Shown: one piece after another, positions 48,435 through 62,200 of the stretch
How positions within the stretch are numbered: position 1 is the first letter of the stretch
Layout of the letters: the number at the start of each line of letters is the position of its first letter
From: Sulfitobacter sp.
GTDB taxonomy: Bacteria > Pseudomonadota > Alphaproteobacteria > Rhodobacterales > Rhodobacteraceae
NCBI GenBank assembly: GCA_033851935.1
Contig: JAWSVL010000004.1
Span: forward strand, 672-64,671
Reading direction: 5' to 3'
DNA length: 64,000 bases
Notes under the pieces: generated by a model
The model's input: the letters and a program-made list of their open reading frames with translations, nothing else
Databases searched by the model: none
Told to the model about the DNA's origin: nothing
Made by a program: the position numbers and the translations under genes

Positions 48435-49184
48435 ATGATTTCCCAGCTCGAACCTTTTGAAAGAACGATTGGCGAGATTAACGAGCGATTCAAAGTCAAT
48501 GGCGATGACGAAGATAATTGGCGGATCATACAGAGCATCGTTCACGGCATAGGTGGAAATGCTGTGAATGTTGGCGGAACAACTTTGTTGGGTGATCAGC
48601 CGGGGTGGGGGCGTTCTTCGATGTCTGCTGCTTGGCTGGAACAATACGAGGCCAAACAGTACCATCTTGTTGATCCATTTATTTCTGCTCTGATTAATCG
48701 TCTTCCAGAAGTAATGACTGATTGTGGGGTCTTGGAACGGTCCGATCCTGCCTATGAATTGAACCATGATCTAAAGGCACATGGGTATGGATCCTTGTAT
48801 GCAAACACTTCTGGAAGCCTCTCGTCAGGGTACAGGGCTATGGTTGTTTTCTGCACCGAACACACCTTGGCAGAAGTTGACGCCAGCATTGGTTTCAGCC
48901 GGCTAAAGATCATTCATGCGATTATTGCAGCAAATATGCCGACGCAGCAAAACACAGAGGTGTCTGGCCGGATCAACATTAGAAGGACGTCACTGACGGC
49001 CAAAGAGTACGATGTTCTCAATTGGTTGGCGTGCGGACTACGCAATGACCAGATCGCATTCAATGGAAACATTGCTGAGGTCACAGTGCGAAAACACTTG
49101 TTGTCTATTCGGAAAAAACTGGGCGCCACTACACGCGAACAAGCGATTGCAGTCGCAATTCGTGATGGTTGGATAACCTTGTAA
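48435..49184 (+). CDS. LuxR-family regulator with autoinducer-binding domain (solo; no luxI in window)
   Basis: WLEQY...Y..VDP sensor motif; C-terminal LTAKEYDVLNWLACGLRNDQIA...IAEVTVRKHL..IRKKLGA..R.QA. Confidence 0.9.
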   Translation: MISQLEPFERTIGEINERFKVNGDDEDNWRIIQSIVHGIGGNAVNVGGTTLLGDQPGWGRSSMSAAWLEQYEAKQYHLVDPFISALINRLPEVMTDCGVLERSDPAYELNHDLKAHGYGSLYANTSGSLSSGYRAMVVFCTEHTLAEVDASIGFSRLKIIHAIIAANMPTQQNTEVSGRINIRRTSLTAKEYDVLNWLACGLRNDQIAFNGNIAEVTVRKHLLSIRKKLGATTREQAIAVAIRDGWITL

Positions 49185-49762
49185 AAATTGTATCGGAAAC
49201 GATACCTTGATGAAATCCTCCATTTCAATAGTCTTATCTACGTGGCTACTTAGAAGCCTGTCATGCAACTCAGATTTAGAGTGATGCAAGGTTTGTACGA
49301 TTAGGTCAGGTAATAGAACGGAAAAGATTTGGAATGAAAATGTGTTGACCGGAAGTATTATGCACGCTTAACGGTGTCCATTGCAGTCACAGCATCGTTA
49401 GCACACGCTGATCGATAGCCTGATAGCTTTCGATGTGCGGGCAATCATTCAGTAATTGATATATCTTAGAAACCCTCGGATTTGCAGTGGCTGTACTGGT
49501 GGCATGGTTTGTCTGTTTGCGTCGCTAATTACGCTGTGAATCTAATTGAGTGAACAAATTTGTGCCACGCTCTTTTCGCGTGTTGAGTTGCGAGATAGAC
49601 AACGCGGGGCGTGATTTAATGCAATGCATTAGGTCATATTCAATAAGGATGATTTTGCGATCAAATAGAATTTACGTTCACTTGCAGATTTTGGATGTCT
49701 ATTTTAAATTTGAAGACCCGAAATTTGAGTGGGTATTACTGCGCAAATTTCGCTGACGTAAT

Positions 49763-49794
49763 TCGTATTGCGAGAATATATTTTCGCAATACGA
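49763..49794. promoter_or_regulatory. 32-bp near-perfect palindrome upstream of the giant adhesin
   Basis: TCGTATTGCGA-G-AATATATT-T-TCGCAATACGA (single G/T mismatch). Confidence 0.6.
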
Positions 49795-49888
49795 GAATTC
49801 ATATAAGTATATTGATACATTGCACATATTTTATGTTAACTCATTGATTTTGAGTGATAATGTATGTAATTTTCTCAAACCTAAATAA

Positions 49889-49904
49889 TTAAAAATTCGT
49901 TAAG
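49889..49904. promoter_or_regulatory. Candidate CtrA binding site
   Basis: TTAA-AAATTCG-TTAAG versus consensus TTAA-N7-TTAAC; a TTGACT hexamer follows at 49911. Confidence 0.45.
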
Positions 49905-50228
49905 TTTTTCTTGACTGGGGGTTATCCTCTCAGCAATGTACATTCAGTTTTGTATATTACCCCAATTGATTCTTTGTTGAGTGGCAATATTTTTATCGTT
50001 TATCGATTGATATTGTGATGTCTCAGGTTGTGTTTGGGTTTGTGAGATAGGCCATTTTGCGCGCGCTTCTGGCGCGTTTTTTGGGGCTTGAGGGAATTCT
50101 TCTGATTCTAAATCGGTAGTTTTTTTATAGAGCCGTGTTTTGTTCTCTCACTGAATTTCGTTGTTTGAGTTGTTTTAACTCGCCCCTTTTTTTGCGTGCT
50201 GTCGCGCTTAGCTTGAGAGATTATTTTT

Positions 50229-53200
50229 ATGCCTACTGTTTCTTCCCCCGTCCTTGTAGATTCTAGCAATTCCGGTTCTTTAGGCGATCTAATCACAAAC
50301 GATGTAACGCCTTCGATTTCATTCCAGATCCCGTCAGACGTCGCAGACGGCACGACAGTTACGCTGTACATTATGCAGGGTGACCCGTTGGCAGAGGTTG
50401 AGGTTGGGTCCGTAGAGGTTGACGCTGCATACCTGCCGGGTGCGGAAGTTACTCTTCTGCATTCCGGGAGTGACTTGACAGCCGGAACCTATGATTATTT
50501 CGTTCGGGTCGTAGAGGATCCAATAGGCACAGCAGTAACAACTGACTCGGCCGTTACCTCCGTAATAATTGACAATATTCAACCCAACGTGTCGGGAATA
50601 GTCGCGCCTGCAGTTTTGAATGAAGCTGCGGTTATGGCGGGTACGTTTGACGTGGTGATCACATTTGACAGCGAGATGGATACCGGCGCTGGAGCTACCC
50701 CCGCAATCACCTTTTCCACACCGATTTCAGGGGCAACGCTCTCAGGTACGGGGTGGAATATGGATGGGACGGTCTTTACCGCTACTTACACCTTGGCCGA
50801 CGATGGTCAGGATGTTTCTGGAATCACGATGGCTGTCACAGGGGCCAAGGACCTTGCCGGTAACGACCTTACGCCATCAACAGGCCTCGGTAGCGTTCAA
50901 GTTGATACTGCTGCGCCAGCGTCCGAAGCGGGCACGCCTTCCATTGCCGAGATTGCGGATCAGGATGTTGCAAATACTGGCATAGCTGTTGTTATCGACA
51001 GCTTATCAGGGGCGGATGGCACCACCTATGTGCTTGATGGTACGGGCGGTGTGTATGACCACGTGGACATCGTGTCTGATGGTGGAACCGACTTTAACCT
51101 GATTATCAAAGATACCGTTGCTGCACGCGGCTTTTTCGATCTCGAAGACCAGACAGGCGCGATAGATATAGCGGTCATCGCCACAGACAATGGAGGCAAC
51201 ACCACAGCTTCAACGATTTCAGTGACTCTAACAAATGTGAATGACGCGGTGCAGTTGGACAGCGCGCCTGAGGTGCTTGATGTCACTTTGGCGGAGCGCG
51301 CTGACGGCACCGGAGAAAACCTAACGCCGTTTTCTACCAGCGGCAGCTTTGCCGTTACGGATGATGAGATCGCGGATGGGCATTCCGTCAGCATCAGCAA
51401 CGCCACTTCAACAGCGCCCGGCGGCGCATTCCTTGGTTTCCTCACGGCGGGTTTTGACAATCCTATCACCGGCGATGGTGCTGGTGTGGTTGGTTGGGAC
51501 TTTGGCATCGCCGCCCCGCTGCCCGAAGCAACGCGTGCAAGTCAAATGGCCATAATCGACGCGCTTGCCGTCGGTGAGACGATTGAGCAAACCTACACCG
51601 TCACTGTCTCGGATGGCAGTGGTGATAATCTTGTCGAGACATTGACGATTACGATCACGGGCACCAATGATGCGCCTGTAATTTCTGGTGCAGCAATCAC
51701 TGACGCCCTGATAGAGCCAGCGGATGGCGTGATGGCCGACCAGCAGCTGTCAACCACGGGTACGCTGTTTGTCCAAGACACTGACGCCAACGATACGGTC
51801 ACAATGTCCGTTGACAGCGCAGTAGTCGTAAACGGCACAGGTGCTGGGGCATCGACCCTGACGCAAGTCGAACTGGCCGCAATGATGCAATTGGCCTCGG
51901 GCGATGGCACCGGATCACCGACCTATTCACAATCCGTAGGGAGCCTGGCCGCGCCCGAGAATGGCACTGGGTCGGCGTTTACCTGGAAATTCGAGGCGGG
52001 CACAGTCGGTGCCTCACCGTTTGATTTCCTCGGCAGCGATGAGACGCTTGAGCTGACCTATACATTGACCGCGACAGATACCTCTGGTGCAGGTGATGAC
52101 ACAGACGCGCAAACCGTTGTGATTACAGTCACTGGCAGCAATGACATTCCAACGATCACATCCTTGGTTACTGCTTCTGGTGTGATCGAGGCAGGTGGTA
52201 CTGCAAATGCGACAGTTGGCACTGCCACAGTGACGGGCGGTCTGGCGGCCGAGGCGGGGTGGGGCGATCTCGACAACGGCGAGACGGCAACGCTTGCCAT
52301 CATCGAGGGATCTGCCGGAACCGGCACTGCGCAAGCTGGGCTTACCTTTGACAGTGGCCCCGGCTTTGATGAGGCTGCGATCACTGGCACATATGGGACA
52401 TTGTATCTGACGGCAGAGGGCGCATACCGCTATGTCCTCGATGATATGGATGGTGACACGCAAGCTCTTTATGAAGGGCAGGCAGCCAGCGAGACATTTA
52501 ACTACACGATCCAAGACACCAGCGGCGTTGAGGGCAACACGGCGAGCAACGCACTGAATATCAGCATTACTGGCAGCAATGATGCGCCAGTGATTGCTGT
52601 CGCAGCAGGCACGCCAGACAATGATGTAACAGAAGCTGGCACAGGTGTGGCAGGGGACCCGAGCGCGAGTGGGTCATTTGCCGTTACGGATGTGGACGCG
52701 GATAATCCTGGCGATAACGCAGATAATGCCAAGCTTTGGTCGATCACGTCGGTCAACGGCGACGATTTGGCGATGCCAGAACAGGCCAACGGCATGGCTG
52801 CAGTGGTGTCGGGAACATACGGTAGCCTGTCACTCGATAGCAGTGGCAACTGGGTTTACACATTGGACGACAGCGACGCGGACACACAGGCGCTGGCCAG
52901 TGGTGTTACCATGACCGAGATTTTCACTGTGCAAGTCGCAGACGGTGTTGGCGGTACATCCGCGTTGAATGTTACTGTGACGGTCAATGGCACGAATGAT
53001 GGTCCGGTTGTTTCGGTAGAGACGGAAGACTCTCAGGCGGAGTCCGTCGGGGAATCCGACTCGGCCAACCTCATGATCAGCGACACCATCACTTTCTCGG
53101 ATGTGGATGCGAACGACAGCGTGACACTGAGTGTTACCGCCGTTTCAGCGACGGGAACAACGGGCAGCTATGATATGGACGCGGCTGCGTTGCAGTCGAT

Positions 53201-56200
53201 GCTGACCATCACGGCGAATAGCACGTTGGCAACAGGGACGGGCAATGCCGGGCAGGCCGCTACATGGACCTTTGATAGCACTACAGAGACATTTGATTTC
53301 CTTGCAGCTGGTGAAAGCGCCGTTCTGGCGTTCACTGTTACTGCCAACGATGGTGATGCAAGCAACACTGATGTAATTACCATCACTGTCACCGGTACAA
53401 ACGACCAACCAGAAATTGCGCTTGGTGCGGGCAGTGCCGCTGGAGGTGTTACCGAAACAACCGAGGCAGTTGAGGGTGATCTGACCACTTCGGGCACGTT
53501 GGACATTGTTGATGTGGACCTGTCTGACATTCATACGGTCGCGCAGACCCGCAGTTCCACAGCGTGGGAAGATGGCGCAGGCGCAACTGCGGGCACACCG
53601 CCAGTTGGCCTTGATGCGGCACTTGATGCGGCCTTCGGCACCGCGATCAACGGGACCGATGCCCGCCAGATCGACTGGAGCTTTACGCTGGGTGACACGG
53701 TCGCCGATTTCCTTGCCGTAGGCGAAGAGTTGATCGTGGTTTATGACGTCACCGTCGACGATCAAAGCGCCGACGGCCCAAATACAGACGAGGCTTCGAC
53801 CTCTGCTGTGCAACAGGTTACCGTAACAATCACAGGCACCAATGATGTGCCTGCCATCACCGCAGGGGCCAGTTTTACACTGACTGAAGGGGGTGATTTG
53901 AATGTTATGTCGCAGATTGAGGCTGACGGCACGCTTGCCATCACAGATCTTGATTTGAACGACACACATACAATTTCAGTAACTGCACCCGCCGTCACTT
54001 GGAACGGCGTAAGCGCTGAAGTACCAGTGGCAGTACCAACGGCGCTTGAGACCGCTCTTGCGCTTGGCACGACCTTCACCGCCACTAACATCGGTGTGGA
54101 TGACCGGCAGATCGATTGGAACTTTGCCCTGGATGATGCTGAGGTAGATTTCCTAGGCGCTGGCGAGTCCCTGACACTGGTTTATGATGTGACGGTTTCT
54201 GACGGAAATGGCGGCACATCTGGAGTGCAGCAAGTTACCATTACCATCAACGGAACCAATGATGCGCCAACAGTCTCCGCCAACAATGCGAGCTTTGACG
54301 AGGGCGATTCACGTGTCGTGCTCGACGGTGTCGACACTGGCGCGGCTGAAGCGGATGACGTTACGATCAATCTGCTTGGTACCGGATCAAACACTGCCAG
54401 CGAAATTTGGGTCACAACCATCACAAATGAACCTGACCTGAATGATGTCGCCAGCATTTCAGGCACCACGAGCATTTCTGTAACGAGCACGCTGCCTGCC
54501 GCACTGAGCGGCGCGGGTTATACGGCGGCGGATGTGTCTGCAGCCTTTGATCTGACAGACAATGGAGCACCTACGTTCAATCGCAACGCAACTGTCTTTG
54601 ACGCGCTGGATGCCGGCGATTCCATTACGATCGATATCTCGTATGAAGTTACAACCACTTCGCCAGACGGAACGACGACGACCGTTGATAATATGATTTC
54701 GACCATCACGATCAATGGCAACAATGATCTGCCCTTCATCACCGATGGCGGCGGTCTTACAGCCACAGTGACCGAGATTGTAGACGGGGCCGATGGTGAA
54801 AACGAGGCCCGTGATCTGGTCACCGGCACCATTAGCTTTGACGACATTGAACCCGCAGATATCCCAAATCTGTCAGTTACAGTCGCGGCTGTTCAGGGGA
54901 CCGCGGCAGAAGGAGAGCCGCCTGCGGCCGATCTTGCGAGCTATATCGGTAATCTGGGCGCAGGCTTTAGCGCGCCGTCTGGCGGCGCCGATGGATTGGT
55001 ATTCTACACGTTCAACCTTAATGACACGGCATTGGATTATCTGCGCGCAGAAGAGAGCTTTACGCAGTCGTATGACGTAAGTATTTCGGACGGATCAGGT
55101 GGATCGACCACGCGGCCTATCGTTCTGACCTTCGTCGGCACCAATGATGCTCCTGTTATCACAGCTGAAGTCGGGGATGGCGATGATGTCGATAAGACTG
55201 TCGTCGAGACAGATGCCGGCCTCATGACTGACGGTAGCTTTACGCTGACCGATGTGGATCTGGCGGACACGGTCACGCTGACGATTTCAGATAGCAACAT
55301 GGTCATGAACAAGGCAGGTACACAGGTTGATGTCTCGGGCATGTTGACGCTGGCGACCACTACTTTGGCCAATGATGCGACCTCCGCGCAGGTCATGTGG
55401 AACTTTAATAGTGGATCGGAGGTATTTGATTTTCTTGATGTAAGCGATGAGTTGGTGCTGACCTATACGGTAACAGCCGCCGACGATTCCGCTGTTTCGG
55501 GTCAGACAACGCAAGACGTCATTGTACGCATCACTGGCACCAACGATGCGCCTGTCATCGAGAACGTCAGTGCGACTCCGACTGTCACAGATACAGCTGC
55601 GACGGATACGATCGCAGATGTGACTGGCACGCTGGTTGGCACAGATGCAGACGCAAGCGCCACTCTTGAGTACTCCATTGACAGCGAAACCATCGACATG
55701 GGTGCCACCGCCTTGGCTGGTACATATGGCACGCTGACGGTCAATACTGACGGCACCTACACCTATGTAGCGGATAATGCCGCTGTGAACGCATTGGCCG
55801 CAGGGGCAACGCCGACCGAGACGTTTACGGTCAAAGTCGATGATGGCACGGCGAGTGACACTTCAGTGCTGACCATTGATGTGATTGCTGCAAATGACAC
55901 ACCGATCTTTGGCGATCTGACTGCAGATCTTGCTGACACTGCCCTCGTTTCGGGCCTTGCTGATCTGACAGGTACGTTGGGGGCCACGGATGTGGATACC
56001 GGTGACATGCTGTCTTATGTGATCGACGGGGAGACACCGTCCAGCGGAGAGACGTCCGAGACCTACTACCTTGACCAGACTGATGGGACAGTCACGACAA
56101 CATCTTCTGGCGATACGATTGTATTGGGCACCATGACTGTCACTACCGCGGGCGGTTACACCTTTGCGCCTAATGACGCAGGCGTTGACGCGCTAAGGGT

Positions 56201-59200
56201 CGGTGATACAGCAGTGGTTGTCACAAATTTGACAGTCACAGATCTGTCCAATGCGACTGCTCCGGCGACGCATACGCTGACCATCACCGGAGCGCAGGAT
56301 GCGCCGAGCTTCAGCGGTGGGTTGTCTGGTATGTTGTCAGAGGTCAATGAGGGTCCAGCTGCCACCGCAACAGGGACCGCGGTAGTTGCGGACCGAGATC
56401 GGGGGGAATCCGTCTTTGTGGCGGCGAACGGTCTTGAAGGAACTTTTGGCACACTGGACATTACAGCAGGTGGGGTCTGGACCTACACGCTTGACAGCAC
56501 CAATGCTGTGATTGACGCATTAGCGGCGACTGAGACAACGATGGACACTGTTACGGTCACGTCCGCTGACGGCACCACGCAGGCTATCGGTCTAACTATT
56601 CAGGGCACCAACGATGGTCCGGTCATTTCCGTTAGCGATGGGGACAGCATTGCAGGGGCCCATACTGAAACCGATTTGGGCTTTATCCTCAGCGATACAC
56701 TAACGCTGTCTGATGTTGATACCAACAATACAGTTAGCCTGAGCGTCGCAGGGCCGGCAGCCTTGAGCCTCGAAGGGGGCGGGACGCTAGCCGTAGCGGC
56801 CATGCTAACCGTTGGCGTAACTGACGGGCTTGGCGATGCTGAGACCTCTAACACGTTCACATGGACGTTCAACAGCGATGTGGAGCCGTTCGATTTTGTT
56901 ACTAATGGCGATGATCTTGAGCTGGTTTATACTATTACAGCGACTGACAGCAGCGGCGCCATGACCACTCAGGATGTCACGATCACGATCACAGGCACCA
57001 ATGATTTGCCCATGGTTGCAGGAACGTTGACAGGATCTATTGCCGAAGACGCCACCATGTCGATCAACGGGACAGCAACTGTGTCGGATCCGGATGCGGG
57101 CGAATCCAGTTTTGTAGCAATTTTGGCTGCAGCAGAGGCGGGATCTTACGGCACGTTCACCATCGATGCGGCTGGTGCCTGGGACTATGCGATCGACAAC
57201 AACCTTGATGCTGTACAAGAGCTGGCCGTGGGTCAGATGCTGACTGATACGATTACAATCACCACCGCGGATGGCAGTACTTCCAGCGTTGCGATCACGA
57301 TCACAGGCACCAATGACGCACCAGTTGTTGACGCCAAAAGCGTGCTTACCAACGAAGATGTCACATCATTGCTTATCGACGTGTCCGGTCAGGTAACCGA
57401 TGTAGATACGGCCACCGGAGATACCCTGATGTATAGTCTGGATGACACGGGAACAGTTGGCTCTGTGGTTCTGACAGATGCCGCAGCTGGCACCTACACC
57501 TATAGCGCCAATGGCCAGTTTGAAGACCTTGCAGTTGGAGACACCGCAACTGACACGTTTAACTATGTCGTAACAGACGGACAAAATGTTCAGCGCACAG
57601 AAACGGTCACCATCACGATTGATGGAGCCAATGATGATCCAACAGTTTCCGGCGCGCTTATGGCGTCAGAACTTGAAGACGGTTCAGCGGTTGTACTTGA
57701 TCTTTTGTCTGGTGCGTCAGATGTGGACGCGGGCGCGGTGCTGTCCATTACTGGGGTAACCTTTGCCATCGACGGTGGTTCAGCGGATGCAATGGTCCCT
57801 GCAGGTGTTTCGATTGATGCTTCCACACTGACTGTTGATCCTGCCGACAACGCGTTCCAGGGTTTGGCTGCGGGCGAAGACCGTGTCATTGCGATCAATT
57901 ATACGGTCAACGACGAGCTAACCGGCTCTGTTGCGCAAAGCGCCACGGTCACCCTCACAGGGACGAATGACGCGCCGAGTATTACTGTATCCATAGAGGA
58001 CCCAGCGTCTGCGGATATTGATGAAACCGATCTTGGTCTATCCGCTGACGGCACCTTGTCGTTGGTTGATCACGATACTAGCGATCTTGTAACCTTGTCC
58101 GTGACACCACCGGCCAGCTTCACCGATCCGAATGGTGGGACAATTGATCCGTCCACTATGTTTACGGCCTCTCCCGGCCTCGACGGGACTGAGAGCAGCG
58201 GTACCATCAATTGGTCCTTTAACAGCGACAGCGAGAACTTTGACTATCTAGACGCGGGCGGCACTTTGGTGCTGACTTATACCATCACAGCGACGGATGA
58301 TGATCCGACCACACCATTGAACGATACGCAGGATGTTGTGATTACCATCACTGGTACAAATGATGCGCCGACGCTGGCCGCTGAAACAACGGTTACGGTT
58401 GTAGACACTGCTGCAGATGACACATTTGCGGATCTAACGGGGACGTTGGATGGTGCGGACGTGGATGAAAACGCTCTGTTGAGCTATTCCATCACAGGCA
58501 GTACCGCGGATGTAATGACTGGTGCCACCGAACTGGTTGGTGCCTTTGGTACGCTGACTGTTCAGACTGACGGTAGCTACGGTTACGTTGTGAACGCAGC
58601 TGCGGTGCAGGGCTTAGGGGTTGGTGAAACACCCACTGATACCTTTGCAATTCAGGTCTCTGACGGGGCCAGCGTCGCAACGGAAACGCTGACAGTAAAT
58701 ATTACCGGTGCCAATGATACGCCTGAATTACAGGATGTCTCGGGGCTTAGCCTCGTAGACACTGTGGCGGCAGATGATCTAGCTAACCTCACGGGCAGCT
58801 TGACAGTCACCGACCGGGACACAGATGACGTGGCCGATATGACCTTTGCCATCGACGGGACCACGCCGGATGTAAATGGCGATACGACGCTGACCTATTA
58901 CTACAACACCGCCACATCGGCGCTGGTCAGCGCTGCGGGTACGGATGTTATTGAGTTGGGTACGTTGACCGTGACCTCTGATGGCACTTACACGTTTGAT
59001 CCCAAGGCGGCAGACAGCCTGCCGGGCACACCTGGTATTGACGGTCTAAAGCCCGGACAGAACCCAAGCCTTGTCACCACGCTGATTGCTTCGGATGGAA
59101 TTGCGTCTGACACGGCGACGATCACCATTGATTTGACCGGTGCAAATGACACGCCTGTGGTCACTGGTACAGTGCCATCCATAGTGGACGGCACCGTTTC

Positions 59201-62200
59201 TGTCTCTGCGACAGAGCAGGATCAAGCCAATGAAGGTATGTTGGTCACTGCTAGTGGCACCATCGCGTTTGCCGACGCGGACAGCACCAGCATCCCAAGC
59301 CTTGGCTTCACGGCAGCTGCGGCAGGCTATCAAGGTACAATTGCCTTTACCGCTCCTTCTGGGACCGTCGCGGATGGCACCGTCGGTTGGGCCTTTCAGA
59401 TTGATGATACCCTTTTGAATGCCTTGGCAGAAGACGAAGCACTCGGTAGCAGTCCACAGCAATACGACATCACTATCAGTGATGGCGCCCAGCAGGTTCT
59501 GCAAAGTGTGTCGATCTCCATTGTGGGTGTGAACGATGTGCCGTTGATCGCGGGAGCCATTGATGGCCGCGCCTTGGCGGATGCCGCTGGCGTGACCGAA
59601 GACAGCGGAGCCACAGCGGTAACGACTTCGGGCACCTTGTCCGTCTCGGACGAAGATTTGATCGACACGGTCACCATGAGCATCACGGGTGCAAGTATTA
59701 CTTCATCACCTGAAGGTGTGACCGTGCCGTTGCTGAACCTGTCTAGCATGATGGAATTGGCCAGCGGCGCAGATGCGATAACGGGCTTTGGGTCCTCGGT
59801 GTCTTTGGGCGCGGATGGGGCCGGGTCAGATTTTACCTGGCAGTTCACCTCTGGCACCAGCGGCGCAAACGCGTTTGATTTCCTTGCTGACGGCGAAACG
59901 TTAGAGATTGAGTACACGTTGACGGCCAATGATGGTGCAACGTTGAACAACACAGCGACCCAGACGGTTACAATCACCGTGACGGGATCCAACGACGCTC
60001 CAGTAGCTGCTGCGGACGTTGTGACAACTGTTGCAGAAGATCTAACTGATACAGTATCCATTGCAGCCGCCTCCGGCTCGGACGCGGACCAGACTGATGT
60101 CTTGAGCTATGCGATCACGGTGGGGAATGGCGCTGGCTTGTTTGAGATCGACAGCAACTCAGGCGTTGTTAGTCTTGCGGATGGGGTTGCGTTGGATCAT
60201 GAGACCGCACAATCGCATGTGCTGACAGTAGAGATCACAGACGGAAATCTTGGATCTACTACGCAGCAAATCACCGTCAATGTGAGTGATGTTGATGACA
60301 ACATCACTACAGCACCGGTCGACACGAACCTTGCCGCGGAGGCCGTGGATGAGAATGCAACAGTAGGCATTGAAATTGGGATTACGGCATCGTCCAGCGA
60401 TGCGGACCTGACCTCTGGCGATATTAGCTATTCGCTGGTGGGCGAGCCTGCGAACCGCTTTGAGATCGACAGCGTTACAGGGGTGGTCACCGTAGCTGCC
60501 GGTGCAAACCTTGATCGTGAGAACGATGGTGCCAGCTATACCGTTACTGTATTGGCTACACCTAATAATGGCGCCGCAAGTTCAACTCAGGACTTTATCG
60601 TCACGTTGAACGATCTGGACGATAACGTCACCACCACTCCAGTTGATGTAGATATGGCAACCAACGCAGTGGACGAAAACGCGGCCCAAGGCACCACCGT
60701 TGGTGTCACGGTGTCTTCGACTGATGCAGATGCCACGTCGGGTGTAATTACCTACAGCCTAAGCGACACTGCGGGAGGGCGGTTCCAGATTGATGGCTCC
60801 TCAGGAGAGGTCTCAGTTGCGGCAGGGGCGGATCTTAACCGTGAAACCGATGCCAGCTTTGACATTACTGTGTTGGCGACACCGGCAAACGGCGCGGCCA
60901 GTACGGCCGAAACATTTACCATTATGATCAACGATGTGGACGAATTCGACGTCTCCACGCCAGCTGACGATGATATCGCAGCCGATGAGGTGTCCGAGGC
61001 AGAGACAGGAAACGTGCTTGTCGGGATCGATGCATCTGCGTCTGACGATGACTTTTCTAACCATGCGGTCAGCTTCACTCTGACGGACGACGCTGAAGGC
61101 CGCTTCACGATCAATGGAACCACAGGCGAGGTCCGTCTTGTGGCTGGCGCGTCGCTCGACTTTGAGACTGATGAAACACACGACATCACCATCGAGGCCA
61201 CCAGCATGGATGGGTCAACGGCGACGCAGACCTTTACGATCAACGTGCTTGACGTGGATGATACAGCACCTGTGATCACCAGCAACGCAGCCTTTGACGT
61301 GGCTGAGAACAGCACGGCTGTGGCGACCCTTACGTCAACAGATGTGGACAGTGCGACCGATGCGACCTTTACCATTCTACCCGGCGCAGATGGGGCGGCG
61401 TTTGAGATTGCAGGTAACAGCTTGCAATTCACTGCCGCACCAGACTTTGAAACAACCACGGCAGGAGCTGGTGGAGCCATCTACAGCGTCATGGTGCGGG
61501 CCACAGATGCAGCGGGCAACAACACGGACCAATCCATTGCAGTCACAGTCACCGACGTAAACGAGGCACCCACTGCGGTCACGCTGAACGATCAGGTCAC
61601 TACCGTGGCCGAGAACACCACTATAGGCACCGGTATCAAGGTTGCCACCATTGCAATCACCGATGATTCACTGGGTGAGAACTCTGTTACGCTGGGCGGG
61701 GTTGATGCTCCGGATTTCACGTTGGTCGACAATGATGGCACACTCGAGCTGCATTTTGTCGGGACATCGCCTAATTTTGAGGTCGCGTCTGATGATAGCG
61801 CGGATGGTACCTACAACGTCACTGTCCTAGTGGATGATAGCACCGTTGGCAGCACACCAGACGTAATGGCGTCCTTTGCGTTGAGCGTCACGGATGTAAA
61901 CGAAGCACCTGTGGTCGATACTGAGCTCTCGGATACCTCCGGATCAGCAGATGAAGATAACACCATCAGTGGTACCATCATTGCGACGGATGTAGATGAC
62001 AGTGATACACAGAGCTTCACCGTCTCGACTGTTCCAGCCAATGGCAGTGTTGTGCTAACTGGCGGGGCGTATGTTTATACACCAAGTGATGATTTCAGTG
62101 GCGATGACAGCTTTGTTGTCACAGTGACTGACAGCGGTGGACTCAGCGATACGGTTACCGTCGATGTGACGGTATTGCCTGTCAATGATGCGCCGGAGAA

